64,000 bases of DNA from Sphingopyxis sp. (GTDB taxonomy: Bacteria > Pseudomonadota > Alphaproteobacteria > Sphingomonadales > Sphingomonadaceae). A model generated the notes under the pieces. The model was not told the DNA's origin, did not search any database, and saw only the letters and a list, made by a program, of their open reading frames with translations. Both the position numbers and the translations under genes were made by a program. Below, piece after piece: positions 50,625 through 60,293 of this stretch (within the stretch, counting starts at the first letter, position 1; each line of letters opens with the position of its first letter). The DNA lies in NCBI RefSeq assembly GCF_034380315.1, contig NZ_JAXMPB010000012.1:21055-85054 (forward strand), in the 5' to 3' direction.

Positions 50625-51911
50625 TCAGCCCTTGCCGCCTGCGCCACCCCAACCCGCATTGTGGATCTTCAGAAACTCGGCAGCCTTGCGAGCCAGCTCC
50701 ACCGGCACCTCGGGCAGGACGACCGCGCCGACTTCGCGGGACGGTAGGGCGATCGTGGCCCAGGCCAGAGCGGTTTTCTCGCCACGCTGATTGGTCGCGC
50801 ATATCTCGACATCGACCATATGCCCGGCATCGGCGGCGTATTTCCGAACGACGCGCCCGGTCAGCATCTGAAGATCGCCGATATAGTTGAATTTTCGGAT
50901 TTCGTCGCGCTGGGACACCACAAAGCCGTCGTCGCCCGCCCAGTCGGTCAGCAGGTGGTGCAACCAGAATTCCCGCTGCAACCCCCAGTCATAGGCCTCC
51001 GGATTTCCGACCTGCTTGGCAAGGTCGCGATCCCAATGGACGCGCGCCTCTGTATCGTAAACGCCCTGGTCATTGCGCGAATACATGCCGCGCATGATCT
51101 GGCGGTCCTTTGCGGCCACCCGGCCCGTGGCGAGCATTCGATAGGGTGCGAAGCCGTAACCCGCGCAATGCGCAAGAAAGACGTCGGTGACGGTCAGCGG
51201 ACCCTTGCGGATCGGGGACAGTTCGTCGCCCTCCGCGACGTCCTCCCAAAAGCGCCCCTGTCCGCCGCGCGGCGCTTCGCCCAGATAGTCGGCGTCGATC
51301 GCCTTCACCTCATCCTTCGAATAATGCGCCATCTCCAGCGCCGCATATTTGCCCTTTTCCCGCGCCGTCTTGCGCTCGGCAATGATCCGCAGCGCGCGAT
51401 AGATGCCGACCACTTCGCCACGCTGATTGAACTTCACATAGCGCCGGACGATGTGAACCGTGCGCCCGCCGAATTCGGATGCCTTGACCTCGACACTGTC
51501 CTCGCCCTCGAAGCTGAAAATCGTGTCGCCGGCATAGATCGGCCGATACCAGTTCCACGTGCCCCCCGACATGAACATCTGGCACCCGGGAAACAGACCT
51601 CTCGCCCTGGCCCGCATGTCTTTGGGCAGGCGTTCACCGCGAAGCGGTTCGTTGACGACCGCCATCATGATGGCCGGAGCGATCGGCGCGCCCCAGCGCG
51701 TACGCCGCGCATAATCGCTATCGACATAGAGCGGATTATCGTCGCCCACATTAAGAGCGAAATTGCGGATCGTGTCGGCGGACAGGCAGGAATGAAACTC
51801 GCGGGTCTGGTTCGGTTCGTCGAGGCCCACCATCTCCTTCTGCAAGGCGATGTCCTCATCGGTAATGACCCCGACATTCTTCGCATCGGGCGAGGGCTTA
51901 TCCGGCTGCAT
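50625..51911 (-). CDS. Tandem hot-dog-fold (MaoC/FAS1-like) acyl-CoA dehydratase-like protein
   Basis: IRNFALNVGDDNPLY...APAI, SGGTWNWYRPIYAGD; second repeat RVHWDRDLA...AYDWG. Confidence 0.75.
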   Translation of the reverse strand: MQPDKPSPDAKNVGVITDEDIALQKEMVGLDEPNQTREFHSCLSADTIRNFALNVGDDNPLYVDSDYARRTRWGAPIAPAIMMAVVNEPLRGERLPKDMRARARGLFPGCQMFMSGGTWNWYRPIYAGDTIFSFEGEDSVEVKASEFGGRTVHIVRRYVKFNQRGEVVGIYRALRIIAERKTAREKGKYAALEMAHYSKDEVKAIDADYLGEAPRGGQGRFWEDVAEGDELSPIRKGPLTVTDVFLAHCAGYGFAPYRMLATGRVAAKDRQIMRGMYSRNDQGVYDTEARVHWDRDLAKQVGNPEAYDWGLQREFWLHHLLTDWAGDDGFVVSQRDEIRKFNYIGDLQMLTGRVVRKYAADAGHMVDVEICATNQRGEKTALAWATIALPSREVGAVVLPEVPVELARKAAEFLKIHNAGWGGAGGKG

Positions 51912-51912
51912 T

Positions 51913-53109
51913 CTATAGTTCCTTCTGCTGGATCGTAGGGAGGATGCTCAGCACCTCTTCATTATGCTGACCGAGTTTCGGGCTTGGGCCGCGCGGCGTC
52001 ATGGCGGCGCCATCGAAATCGATCGGGCTGGCAACCGACGGGATTGGCGGAAAATCCGGCTGGCCCGGTATCTCGACAAAGGCCCCCGAATGGATGGCCT
52101 GCGGATCGTTCAGCACATCCTCGAGCGACTGGACCGGAGCCCACCAGAGGTCGAACTCGTCGAACCGGTCCTGCCAATATTGGCGGTCGTGCCGGGCGAT
52201 CTCGCGATCGATTTCGGCGATCAGGGCCTTGCGGTTCGCGACCTGGTCGCGCGTCGTGCGGAATCGGGGATCGTCAAGCAGATCGGGCCGATCGATCGCC
52301 TTGACCAGCTTTGGCCAATGACGCGCCGCCTCGACGCCCAACATCCACAGCCAGCGGTCGTCCTTGGCACGATAGCAGTTCACAAGCGGGGTCGGCGCCT
52401 CTTCGCGCGGGCGCTTGACGACCGACTTGCCGAAATTCTGCTGCATCGTGATGTCCGTGCCCAGGGCATAAAGACCGGTCCGCAGCAACGACGCATCGAC
52501 CACGCCGCCGACCCCCGTGCGTTCGCGCCGGTACAATGCCGCAACGATGCCCGACACCATCGTCACGCCGGTAATATGGTCGCCAAGCGCCGGCGGGATC
52601 GATTGCGGCGGCGCCCCGCGCGGGGCCACCTCCACCGCTATGCCGCTGCGCGCCCAAAAGGCGCCGACATCATATCCCGCGCGGTCGCGATCGGGGCCTT
52701 GCGCCCCATAGCCCGTCACCCGGCCATAGATCAGACGGGGAAAACGCGACCGCACCGAAGCCGCATCGAGCCCAAGCCTTTCGAGCGCGTCGGTGCGGAC
52801 GTTGGTGACGAACACGTCGGCCGTTTCGAGCAGCGCGAACATCCGTTCGGCGTCGGCGGCATCGCGAAGATTGAGCACCACACTGCGCTTGCCCCGATTG
52901 TCCAGTTCGAAAGGCGCCATTCGTCCTTCGTCCATTCCGAGTGCGCGGAACGCCTGCCGCTGCGGGTCGCCGGTCGGCGGCTCGACCTTGATCACGTCGG
53001 CGCCCCAATCGGCCATGATGCCGCCCGCCGCGGGCGCCGCGATCCATACGCCGAGTTCGACCACTTTCACTCCGGCAAGCGGTCTTGCGCCTTCCGTTCC
53101 GTTCATCAT
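51913..53109 (-). CDS. Family III CoA-transferase (CaiB/BaiF)
   Basis: PLAGVKVVEL, GADVIKVEP, NRGKRS, GYD, ALGDH, PKLGQHN. Confidence 0.93.
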   Translation of the reverse strand: MMNGTEGARPLAGVKVVELGVWIAAPAAGGIMADWGADVIKVEPPTGDPQRQAFRALGMDEGRMAPFELDNRGKRSVVLNLRDAADAERMFALLETADVFVTNVRTDALERLGLDAASVRSRFPRLIYGRVTGYGAQGPDRDRAGYDVGAFWARSGIAVEVAPRGAPPQSIPPALGDHITGVTMVSGIVAALYRRERTGVGGVVDASLLRTGLYALGTDITMQQNFGKSVVKRPREEAPTPLVNCYRAKDDRWLWMLGVEAARHWPKLVKAIDRPDLLDDPRFRTTRDQVANRKALIAEIDREIARHDRQYWQDRFDEFDLWWAPVQSLEDVLNDPQAIHSGAFVEIPGQPDFPPIPSVASPIDFDGAAMTPRGPSPKLGQHNEEVLSILPTIQQKEL

Positions 53110-54410
53110 TCGTTACTTTCGCTATGCACCAGGGCTTCGTTGAAATTTCGGCGGGCCAGCCACAGGAAAAACGGGGTGCCCCAGCCGACGGTCGTGGCGA
53201 TCATCAACGCCAGTCGCAGAGCTTCGCCAGGGCCGGCCGCAGCATGGAAATGGTCGCTCAGCACGCCGATCAGAAACGGAGCAAGCCCGACACCAAGCAG
53301 GCTGGTGAACAGCCCGTAAACCGCGCTGGCGCTCGCCCGCATGCCCGCGGGGACCACCGAATGCAGGCCCGCGATCGCCGAGCCGAATCCCAGCGCGCCG
53401 ACAATGTTGATCAGGAACAGGCCCGCAATCGTGAAGGAAAGCGACGGCGAGGACAGCAGCCCCCAATAGGCCGGCACGATCAGGAGATTTACAAGAAGTG
53501 GAAGCGTCAGCAGCCAATGCACGCCGCGCGCGACGAGCCGGTTGGTCAGGAAGCCGCCAACGATCGCACCGACGGCCGCGCCGACGCCCATTGCGAGGCC
53601 GAAGTATAGCCCGACCTCCGCCGTGGACAGGCCGAAGCGCCGGATAAGATAGGCCGGCATCCATTGCGCCACCCCGTAAAGGACAAAACCCGTGCAGGTC
53701 GACGAGAGCACGATGTAGAGGAACGTGCGATTTCGGATGAGCGCCGCGAGCACATCGGAGAAAGGCAGGCCTTCCCTGGTTGCGGCTCCCCTGTCCTGGG
53801 CGCCGCGCACCGGATCCTTCAGCGTCCACCACAGGAGGAGAGCGAAGGGCAGACCGAGCGCGCCGGCGACGACAAAGGCCGTCCGCCACCCGACCTGTCC
53901 AGCGAGCCAGCCGCCCCCGGCGAGCCCGACCGTCAGCCCGACCGAACCGCCCGCGGCAAGGATCGCATAGGCAGCGGCACGCCGTTCAATCCCGCAATAG
54001 TCGGCAATCAGCGATTGCGACGCGGGCATCGAGCTGGCTTCGCCGAAACCGACGAACAGCCGCGCCACCAGAAGATGCCAGAAGCTGGCCGCCATCCCGC
54101 AAGCCGCGGTCGCGATGCTCCAACCGGTGATCGCGACGCCCATCAGCATCCGCCGACTGTAAAGATCGGCAAGCCGCCCCAGAAAAATGCCCGCCGCCGC
54201 ATAGAATGCCGCAAAGGCAAGGCCCGTTACGATGCCGATCTGCGTGTCGGTCATGGGTATGTCCCGACGAATATCTTCGATCAGGACAGCCAGAATCATG
54301 CGGTCGACGTAATTGAGCATGTTCACCGCAAACAGCAGCCACACGACATACCACACATAGCCGTTGGAAGGGCCGGCAACGCTGAAAGGACGATGGGACA
54401 GAGGGTTCAT
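53106..54410 (-). CDS. MFS transporter (spinster-like)
   Basis: LNYVDRMILAVL, LGRLADLYSRR, GFGEAS. Confidence 0.92.
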   Translation of the reverse strand: MNPLSHRPFSVAGPSNGYVWYVVWLLFAVNMLNYVDRMILAVLIEDIRRDIPMTDTQIGIVTGLAFAAFYAAAGIFLGRLADLYSRRMLMGVAITGWSIATAACGMAASFWHLLVARLFVGFGEASSMPASQSLIADYCGIERRAAAYAILAAGGSVGLTVGLAGGGWLAGQVGWRTAFVVAGALGLPFALLLWWTLKDPVRGAQDRGAATREGLPFSDVLAALIRNRTFLYIVLSSTCTGFVLYGVAQWMPAYLIRRFGLSTAEVGLYFGLAMGVGAAVGAIVGGFLTNRLVARGVHWLLTLPLLVNLLIVPAYWGLLSSPSLSFTIAGLFLINIVGALGFGSAIAGLHSVVPAGMRASASAVYGLFTSLLGVGLAPFLIGVLSDHFHAAAGPGEALRLALMIATTVGWGTPFFLWLARRNFNEALVHSESNE

Positions 54411-54484
54411 CCTGATCTGTGGCCGCCCGCCAATGCGGTGACGGGCGGCGGCTGGGAAAGGCTGCGACAGGAAGGCGGCGGCCG

Positions 54485-56839
54485 TCAGTGCTGCAGGCGC
54501 AGGGTCAGGCCCGCAATTCGCGGATCGCCCGGATTGCGGTTGAACGACCCGCTCTGAAGCGGGACATGGTTGATCAGGCTGCTGTAATCCTTGTCGAACA
54601 AGTTGCTGACGAACGCCTCTATCGTCCATCGGCGGTCCGCCGACCCGAAGCCCGCCCGGGCGTTCACGAGAGCGTAGGAACCGACCAGCATTTCGGGATC
54701 GAGACCGGTTCCCAGATACTGCCCCGATTGCCAGCGGAAGTTCGCGTTGCCGAAAGCACGCAGCCCCGTGCCGGCAATGTTGCTGTCATAGGAAACGCCG
54801 CCGGTGACGGCCCATTTCGGCGCCGACGCCACGCGCCCGCCCGCGAGCCTTGGCAATCCCGGTATCGGCTTGTTGTCCTTGTCGAAACGGGCATCGACAT
54901 ATGTGATGCCAGCATTCAGGTTCAGACCGCGCGTCGGCCTTGCGCTGGCTTCCAGTTCAACGCCCTTGGTCCGCGCCTTTTCCGCATTGAAGGTGCGAAA
55001 GCGCAGTCCGTCAAAGTTCAGAATCTGGAAATCGGCGAAATCGGTATAAAATGCGGTTGCGTTCAGCGTCACCCGCCCGTCGGCCATGGTGGAACGAAGG
55101 CCGAGTTCGAAGGAAGTGGCCCGTTCGCCATCGAACGACGGGTCGCCCGGCGCATTCGGATCGAAGGGCGTCGTGACGGCCGCCGTGCGTTCGAGGTTGA
55201 AGCCGCCGCCCTTGTATCCGCGGGACACGCTGACATAGGTCATCAGGTCCGACGTCCACTGCTGACTGAGGTTGAATGTCCCCGTCATTTCCTGGCCCGA
55301 AATCCGCGTTCCCGGCGCAAAGTCGGGAACAAGCGGGCTCCAGAAGCCCAGGCAGAGCAGACCGGCAAGCGGGCTTGCCACGGCCGCCGGATTGCACGCG
55401 GGCACGTTGGCGGCGAATTCGCCCGTCGCGCGCTTGCTCTCGTCCGTGAAACGCACGCCCAAGGTGGCGGTCAACCGGTCGGTCAGCTTGAAACTGTTGT
55501 GCGTGAACAGCGCGAACTGTTCGGTCTTCTGGGTGAAATCGTCGCGCGTCGCCGGACCCTCGGGAAAATTCGATCCGACCGGCAAGCCGGTAACAGCGCT
55601 GATGACGCCAACCCCGCCGACAAGACTTCCGATGTAATTTTCGAACTGGCTGCCGAAATCCAGACGCTGCGTCATCGCCACATTCTCTTTGAGGTAGAAG
55701 GCCCCAATCAGCCAGTCGAGCGCGCCGGCCTGTCCCGCCAGCCTGATTTCCTGTGTGAATGTGTCGATCCGCGCGTCGAGCGCCGGATCGGTTCCCGCGA
55801 AATCCAGCGTCGTGAAATCCGAATCGGTCCTCTGTTGCCCTTCCCAGTCGCGATAGGCCGTGATCGACGTCAGCTTGACGCCCCCGATGTCCCAGTTGAT
55901 TTCACCCGAAATGCCGAACGATGTGGTGGCGTTTCCAATCGGGTCGTTGATCGCGGCCTTCCGCCCGCCCGCCGGAGCCAGTTGCCCGCCCAATGCCCGG
56001 ATGCGCGCACCGGCGGGGCCTTCGATCAACGGGACCGACACGCAGCATTTTTCGTCAATGTCGCTGTAATCGACGATGATCCGCGTCGACAGATTGGCGG
56101 CCGGCTCGATCAGCAACTGGCCCCGCAGGAACCAGCGATTGCGATCGTTGACGGCCCCGCCCAGAATATTCTCGATCACGCCGCCGCGCTCGTTGACGCC
56201 GCCCGTCAGGCGCACAGCCGCCAAATTTTCGATCACCGGAGCCGTGACCGTCCCGCGCACGATGCGGCCGTCATATTCGGTAACCGTCGCCTCGACCTGA
56301 TAGTCGAAATCGAATCGCGGCGCCTTGGTGACGATATTGATCGCACCGGCCGAGGTGTTGCGACCGAACAGCGTGCCCTGCGGTCCGCGCAACACCTCAA
56401 CCCGCTCGAGATCGGCAAGGTCGCCCATGCCGAAGCCCGACCGGCTCAGATAAACGCCGTCGAGAAAAATCCCCACTGCGCTTTCGAGTCCGACATTGTT
56501 CCCCGATGTGCCGATGCCCCGGATCCGAATCGTCGGCGTGAACAATTCGGTATCGGAGCGCGTGAACGACAGGCTCGGCGAGATGATCTGCAACTGCGAC
56601 AGGTCGGCGGCCCCGGCATCGGCGAGCTTGTCGCCGGAAAAGGCCGATACGGCGAGCGGTACGTCCTGCAGATTCTGCGCGCGTTTTTGCGCGGTCACGA
56701 TGATGTCGGCATGATCGCCGCCGTCATCGCCCTTCGCCGCCGCGTCGGCCGCCTGCGCACGGGCGGGAGCCCCAAGAAGCAAGCCAAGCGAAGCCGACAG
56801 GGCCACGACGGAAATCGAACCACAGAACCATTTTTGCAT
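54485..56839 (-). CDS. TonB-dependent receptor
   Basis: DIIVTAQKRAQNLQDVP, VEVLRGPQGTLFGRNTSAGA; ends RIAGLTLRLQH rather than the usual terminal Phe. Confidence 0.93.
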   Translation of the reverse strand: MQKWFCGSISVVALSASLGLLLGAPARAQAADAAAKGDDGGDHADIIVTAQKRAQNLQDVPLAVSAFSGDKLADAGAADLSQLQIISPSLSFTRSDTELFTPTIRIRGIGTSGNNVGLESAVGIFLDGVYLSRSGFGMGDLADLERVEVLRGPQGTLFGRNTSAGAINIVTKAPRFDFDYQVEATVTEYDGRIVRGTVTAPVIENLAAVRLTGGVNERGGVIENILGGAVNDRNRWFLRGQLLIEPAANLSTRIIVDYSDIDEKCCVSVPLIEGPAGARIRALGGQLAPAGGRKAAINDPIGNATTSFGISGEINWDIGGVKLTSITAYRDWEGQQRTDSDFTTLDFAGTDPALDARIDTFTQEIRLAGQAGALDWLIGAFYLKENVAMTQRLDFGSQFENYIGSLVGGVGVISAVTGLPVGSNFPEGPATRDDFTQKTEQFALFTHNSFKLTDRLTATLGVRFTDESKRATGEFAANVPACNPAAVASPLAGLLCLGFWSPLVPDFAPGTRISGQEMTGTFNLSQQWTSDLMTYVSVSRGYKGGGFNLERTAAVTTPFDPNAPGDPSFDGERATSFELGLRSTMADGRVTLNATAFYTDFADFQILNFDGLRFRTFNAEKARTKGVELEASARPTRGLNLNAGITYVDARFDKDNKPIPGLPRLAGGRVASAPKWAVTGGVSYDSNIAGTGLRAFGNANFRWQSGQYLGTGLDPEMLVGSYALVNARAGFGSADRRWTIEAFVSNLFDKDYSSLINHVPLQSGSFNRNPGDPRIAGLTLRLQH

Positions 56840-56861
56840 ATCTCCACTCCCACTTTTATAT

Positions 56862-56898
56862 AGAACATTTATGTTCTTTATCGAACTTTGATGTTTCG
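56862..56898. promoter_or_regulatory. Tandem palindromic operator candidates upstream of the TBDR
   Basis: Perfect inverted repeat AGAACATTTATGTTCT (56862-56877) and CGAACTTTGATGTTTCG (56882-56898). Confidence 0.6.
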
Positions 56899-56972
56899 TT
56901 TAGTGAGTTATGGCGCGATACGCAAGGGCCGCCGTCCGGCGCGTGCAAGCGGACAGCAAAAGGTCAGGAATG

Positions 56973-57806
56973 TCAGATGGAAAGGGCGAGAATCTGACCG
57001 GTTCTGGGCAGCACCCCGGCGCCCAGATCGGACATGCGCGCACGCGACGCCGCGACATAGAGAAGCGGTCGATGCGGATCGACCGCGACGTCATAGACCG
57101 GGATATCCATTGCGATCTGCCGGTCCACCTTGCCGTCGGCCGTCACGCGAACCAACGAAGAAGGGCCGATCATCGCCGCCCATATGCGATCGGCATGATC
57201 GATCGCCAGCCCGTCGGGACGCCCGGCCTCGAAGCGAACATGTTCGCGCCGTTCGACAATGCGCTCCCCCTCAGCCGAGAGCGCCAGGCAGCTTATCCGC
57301 TGCCCGATCGTCTCGGCGACGAACAGCCGCTTTCCGTCACCAGAAAGCACCATTCCGTTCGGAAAATCGAAGCCTTGCGCAAATATTTCCGATCGGCCCG
57401 CGCGATCGACCCGATAGATATTCGCCGAGCGCGGCGCCTCCGCCCGCAGATCGAAGCCATATTCCCCGACCAGCAGATCGCCGCTTGGCAACGCCAGCAT
57501 TTCATTGAGCATCGACGCCCCGTGCGCGGACAGATCGGCGAAAGCGCCCTGCCCGGCGCTGCCCCCCGTCCACTGCAACCGGCGCGCGGCCTTGTCCACG
57601 ATCAGCGGGCTGCCATCGGGACCAAAAGCTATTCCGCCAAAATAGGTGCGAGCTGCATACTCCTCTCGCAGCCCGCCCGGCCCATCCTCATCGAGGCCCA
57701 ATGACAAGAGCCGACCATCGTACATATCGACAAACCACAGCCGTCCATCCCGAATGCGCAGCGATTCAGGGAAAACCAGGTTCGAGGCCAGAATGGTCGC
57801 TTGCAT
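56973..57806 (-). CDS. SMP-30/gluconolactonase/LRE family protein
   Basis: FPESLR, LNE, FPNG, PDGLAID beta-propeller metal-site motifs. Confidence 0.9.
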   Translation of the reverse strand: MQATILASNLVFPESLRIRDGRLWFVDMYDGRLLSLGLDEDGPGGLREEYAARTYFGGIAFGPDGSPLIVDKAARRLQWTGGSAGQGAFADLSAHGASMLNEMLALPSGDLLVGEYGFDLRAEAPRSANIYRVDRAGRSEIFAQGFDFPNGMVLSGDGKRLFVAETIGQRISCLALSAEGERIVERREHVRFEAGRPDGLAIDHADRIWAAMIGPSSLVRVTADGKVDRQIAMDIPVYDVAVDPHRPLLYVAASRARMSDLGAGVLPRTGQILALSI

Positions 57807-57821
57807 GACGCCCCTTTAAAT

Positions 57822-57832
57822 CGAACATTGAT
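57822..57832 (+). promoter_or_regulatory. Operator motif copy in the SMP-30/SDR divergent promoter
   Basis: CGAACATTGAT, identical to the copy at 60242-60252 (minus strand). Confidence 0.5.
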
Positions 57833-57896
57833 ATCTTGTTTTCTTTAGCCAGCCGCCATAGGGTTGGCAACAAGCAGAAGGGAAGAGTGAACCGGG

Positions 57897-58673
57897 ATGA
57901 ATGAGGAAAGCCACGGGATCATCATCACGGGCGCGGCCGGCGGAATCGGTTCGGCCACCATCGCGCGGCTTGCGGGGGCGGCGTCGATCCGCATCGGACT
58001 GCTCGATATGGATGCCGAGGCCATCGACCGGCTTGTCGCACACTATGCCGATGCCCCTTGCCACATGATCCCGCTCCCTTGCGACCTGCAGGATGCCATA
58101 TCGATAGCCGCCGCCATCGACCGCTTCGCGGAGTCCGGACCGATCGACACGTTGTTCGCCAACGCCGGCATCATGACCGCTCCGGACGCTTTCGAAACCA
58201 TCGACGCCGCCGCAATCGACCGATCGCTGGCTGTCAATCTGCGCGCCGTGACCTTGTGCACCCGCCTCGCCTGGCCGCACTTCCGATCCGGATCGGCTCA
58301 TGTGATCGTCAACGCATCCGGCGCGGGTCGCCATCCACTCGCGTCCGACCCGGTATATTCCGCAGCCAAGGCCGGAGCGATCATGTTCGCCCGCGCATGC
58401 GCCGCCCGACGGAACGAAACGGGCATCCGTTTCAACGCGCTGGCGCCCGGCGTGGTCGACACGCCGATCCTGCGCGACCCCCGAACGGGCGAATGGCGCG
58501 GCGAGGTGCGCGATTTCGCGGGGGAGTATCAGTTAATCGACCCCGACGAGATCGCGGTGGCCGCTTTGCGGTTGATGGACGACCCCGATCTGAACGACCA
58601 GCTTGTCAGCATCGCCAACCGTCGCCGGGACACGCCCCCTTCCACCACCCCGGCGCCCTCCCGCAACGCCTAG
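57897..58673 (+). CDS. SDR oxidoreductase
   Basis: TGAAGGIG, ANAGI, YSAAK, PGVVDT. Confidence 0.92.
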   Translation: MNEESHGIIITGAAGGIGSATIARLAGAASIRIGLLDMDAEAIDRLVAHYADAPCHMIPLPCDLQDAISIAAAIDRFAESGPIDTLFANAGIMTAPDAFETIDAAAIDRSLAVNLRAVTLCTRLAWPHFRSGSAHVIVNASGAGRHPLASDPVYSAAKAGAIMFARACAARRNETGIRFNALAPGVVDTPILRDPRTGEWRGEVRDFAGEYQLIDPDEIAVAALRLMDDPDLNDQLVSIANRRRDTPPSTTPAPSRNA

Positions 58674-58695
58674 AATATCCCAAGGATTCCTTTGA

Positions 58696-59502
58696 ATGAC
58701 GCCTTGCCTTCTCGTCCAACGCACCGGCCATGTCGCCACGCTGACGCTCAACCGCCCCGAGGCGCGCAATGCCTTTTCCCCCGAACTCGCCGTGCGGCTT
58801 GACGAGGCGTGCCAGCAATTGCGGGATGATCGTGAAGTCCGCGCCATTGTCCTGGCGGCGGCGGGGACCGACAGTTTTTGCGCGGGCGGCGATCTGAAGC
58901 TGATGATCCCGCTCATCACCGGCGCGCGCAAGGCCGAAACCGACTATGATCATGCGGCCCTTGCGCTGATGCGGGAGAAAGGACGCCCCCTGCCGACCCA
59001 TGGCGACATCGGCAAACCGCTGATCGCCGCCATCGAGGCCCCGGCGCTTGGCGGCGGCCTTGAACTGGCGCTCGCCTGCGACATGATCGTCGCGTCCGAG
59101 AATGCCTCTTTCGCGGCGCCCGAAGTCGCCTCGGGCGCCTATCCCGCGCGTATCACCTATCTGCTGCCACGCCGCCTGCCCTATTCACTGGCTTCCGAAA
59201 TGCTGCTTTCCGGGTCCCGGTTGTCCGCCACCCGCGCCTATCATTTGGGCCTTGTCAACGAACTGGTGCCAGCGGGGACGGCCATTGCCGCCGCCCAGAA
59301 ACTTGCCGAGCGCATCGCCCGTAACGCGCCGATCTCGGTCCGGTCGGCACGCGCGGTCGCCCACCTTGCGATGTCGGACCCAGCCGCCGATGTGGACGGG
59401 CTCGACCGCGCCATGATCCGCAAGGTCTATACGAGCCAGGATGCGCGCGAAGGGCCCCGCGCCTTCGCCGAAAAGCGCGCGCCGGTGTTTTGCGACCACT
59501 GA
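58696..59502 (+). CDS. Enoyl-CoA hydratase/isomerase
   Basis: LNRPEARNA, FCAGGDL, GGGLE, PEV, DAREG. Confidence 0.93.
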   Translation: MTPCLLVQRTGHVATLTLNRPEARNAFSPELAVRLDEACQQLRDDREVRAIVLAAAGTDSFCAGGDLKLMIPLITGARKAETDYDHAALALMREKGRPLPTHGDIGKPLIAAIEAPALGGGLELALACDMIVASENASFAAPEVASGAYPARITYLLPRRLPYSLASEMLLSGSRLSATRAYHLGLVNELVPAGTAIAAAQKLAERIARNAPISVRSARAVAHLAMSDPAADVDGLDRAMIRKVYTSQDAREGPRAFAEKRAPVFCDH

Positions 59503-59520
59503 GCGCACCGCGCGCGCGGT

Positions 59521-60171
59521 TCAATCCGGCCGCTTTCCTGTCGAAACCTGACTGAGCACGGAATCGACGGCCCAGTCGATCATACCGGGTTCCCGCATGT
59601 CGGTGCCCGAAACGAGCAGGCGGAAATAGAGTAGCCCGGTCAGCGTATCGAGAATCCATTCAGGATCGGCATCGGGACGAAGCTCGCCTTGCTCGATCGC
59701 CTTCAGCAGGCGCCGACGCGACCCTTCGCGGCGCTGATCGGCCAGACGCGGCAGCAAGCCGGCAAAGGCCGGTTCGTTACGGGTCGCTTCGATCAACGAG
59801 GGTAGCGCCCGGCCCCAAATGGAGCGTTTGAGCGCCACCGCGAGCCGTTCATAAATATTGATGAGATCGCGCCGCACATCGCCGGTATCGGGTGCCGGCG
59901 AGCGAGGGCCCAACGCAAAATCGAACGCAGCTATCGCGAGTTCGGGCACGTTTTTCCAATATCGATAAATGGTCGAACGCGCGACGCCGCTTCGTTCCGA
60001 CACCAGCCCGATCGTCAATTGACGATATCCGACTTCACTCAACAACAGAAGCGTCGCATCGAGGACCGCCGCCACCGTGCGCTCCATTTGCGATGTTTTC
60101 GGAGCACGGCGGGCCGGCTTTGCCGTCTGACGGGCCACAGCGTCGGTTATGCCTGTTCTGGTTTCTGTCAC
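59521..60171 (-). CDS. TetR/AcrR family regulator
   Basis: VLDATLLLLSEVGY...VSERSGVARSTIYRYW; start uncertain (GTG 60171). Confidence 0.9.
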   Translation of the reverse strand: MTETRTGITDAVARQTAKPARRAPKTSQMERTVAAVLDATLLLLSEVGYRQLTIGLVSERSGVARSTIYRYWKNVPELAIAAFDFALGPRSPAPDTGDVRRDLINIYERLAVALKRSIWGRALPSLIEATRNEPAFAGLLPRLADQRREGSRRRLLKAIEQGELRPDADPEWILDTLTGLLYFRLLVSGTDMREPGMIDWAVDSVLSQVSTGKRPD

Positions 60172-60241
60172 TTTTCGCCCCTGGACCAGTATCTTCCGGC
60201 GTTCCCCGCCTGTCTCGATCCTATCCCCGATAATCGGCTTG

Positions 60242-60252
60242 ATCAATGTTCG
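60242..60252 (-). promoter_or_regulatory. Operator motif copy in the tetR/BVMO divergent promoter
   Basis: Reverse complement CGAACATTGAT. Confidence 0.5.
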
Positions 60253-60293
60253 CATAGGCATTAAGCGATACACATATGTCTTATATAAAAAAT

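Noticed and set aside
54419-56863. 814-aa plus-strand ORF
   Set aside because: Antisense shadow of the TBDR; similar shadows elsewhere (e.g. 23005..24579, 24549..26132, 48275..50155) were also dismissed
56862-56898. LexA box
   Set aside because: Alphaproteobacterial LexA binds direct repeats GTTC-N7-GTTC; this site is an inverted repeat
60261-60285. ACATATGT palindrome as TetR operator
   Set aside because: Only 8 bp pair, flanks do not extend, and no clear second copy
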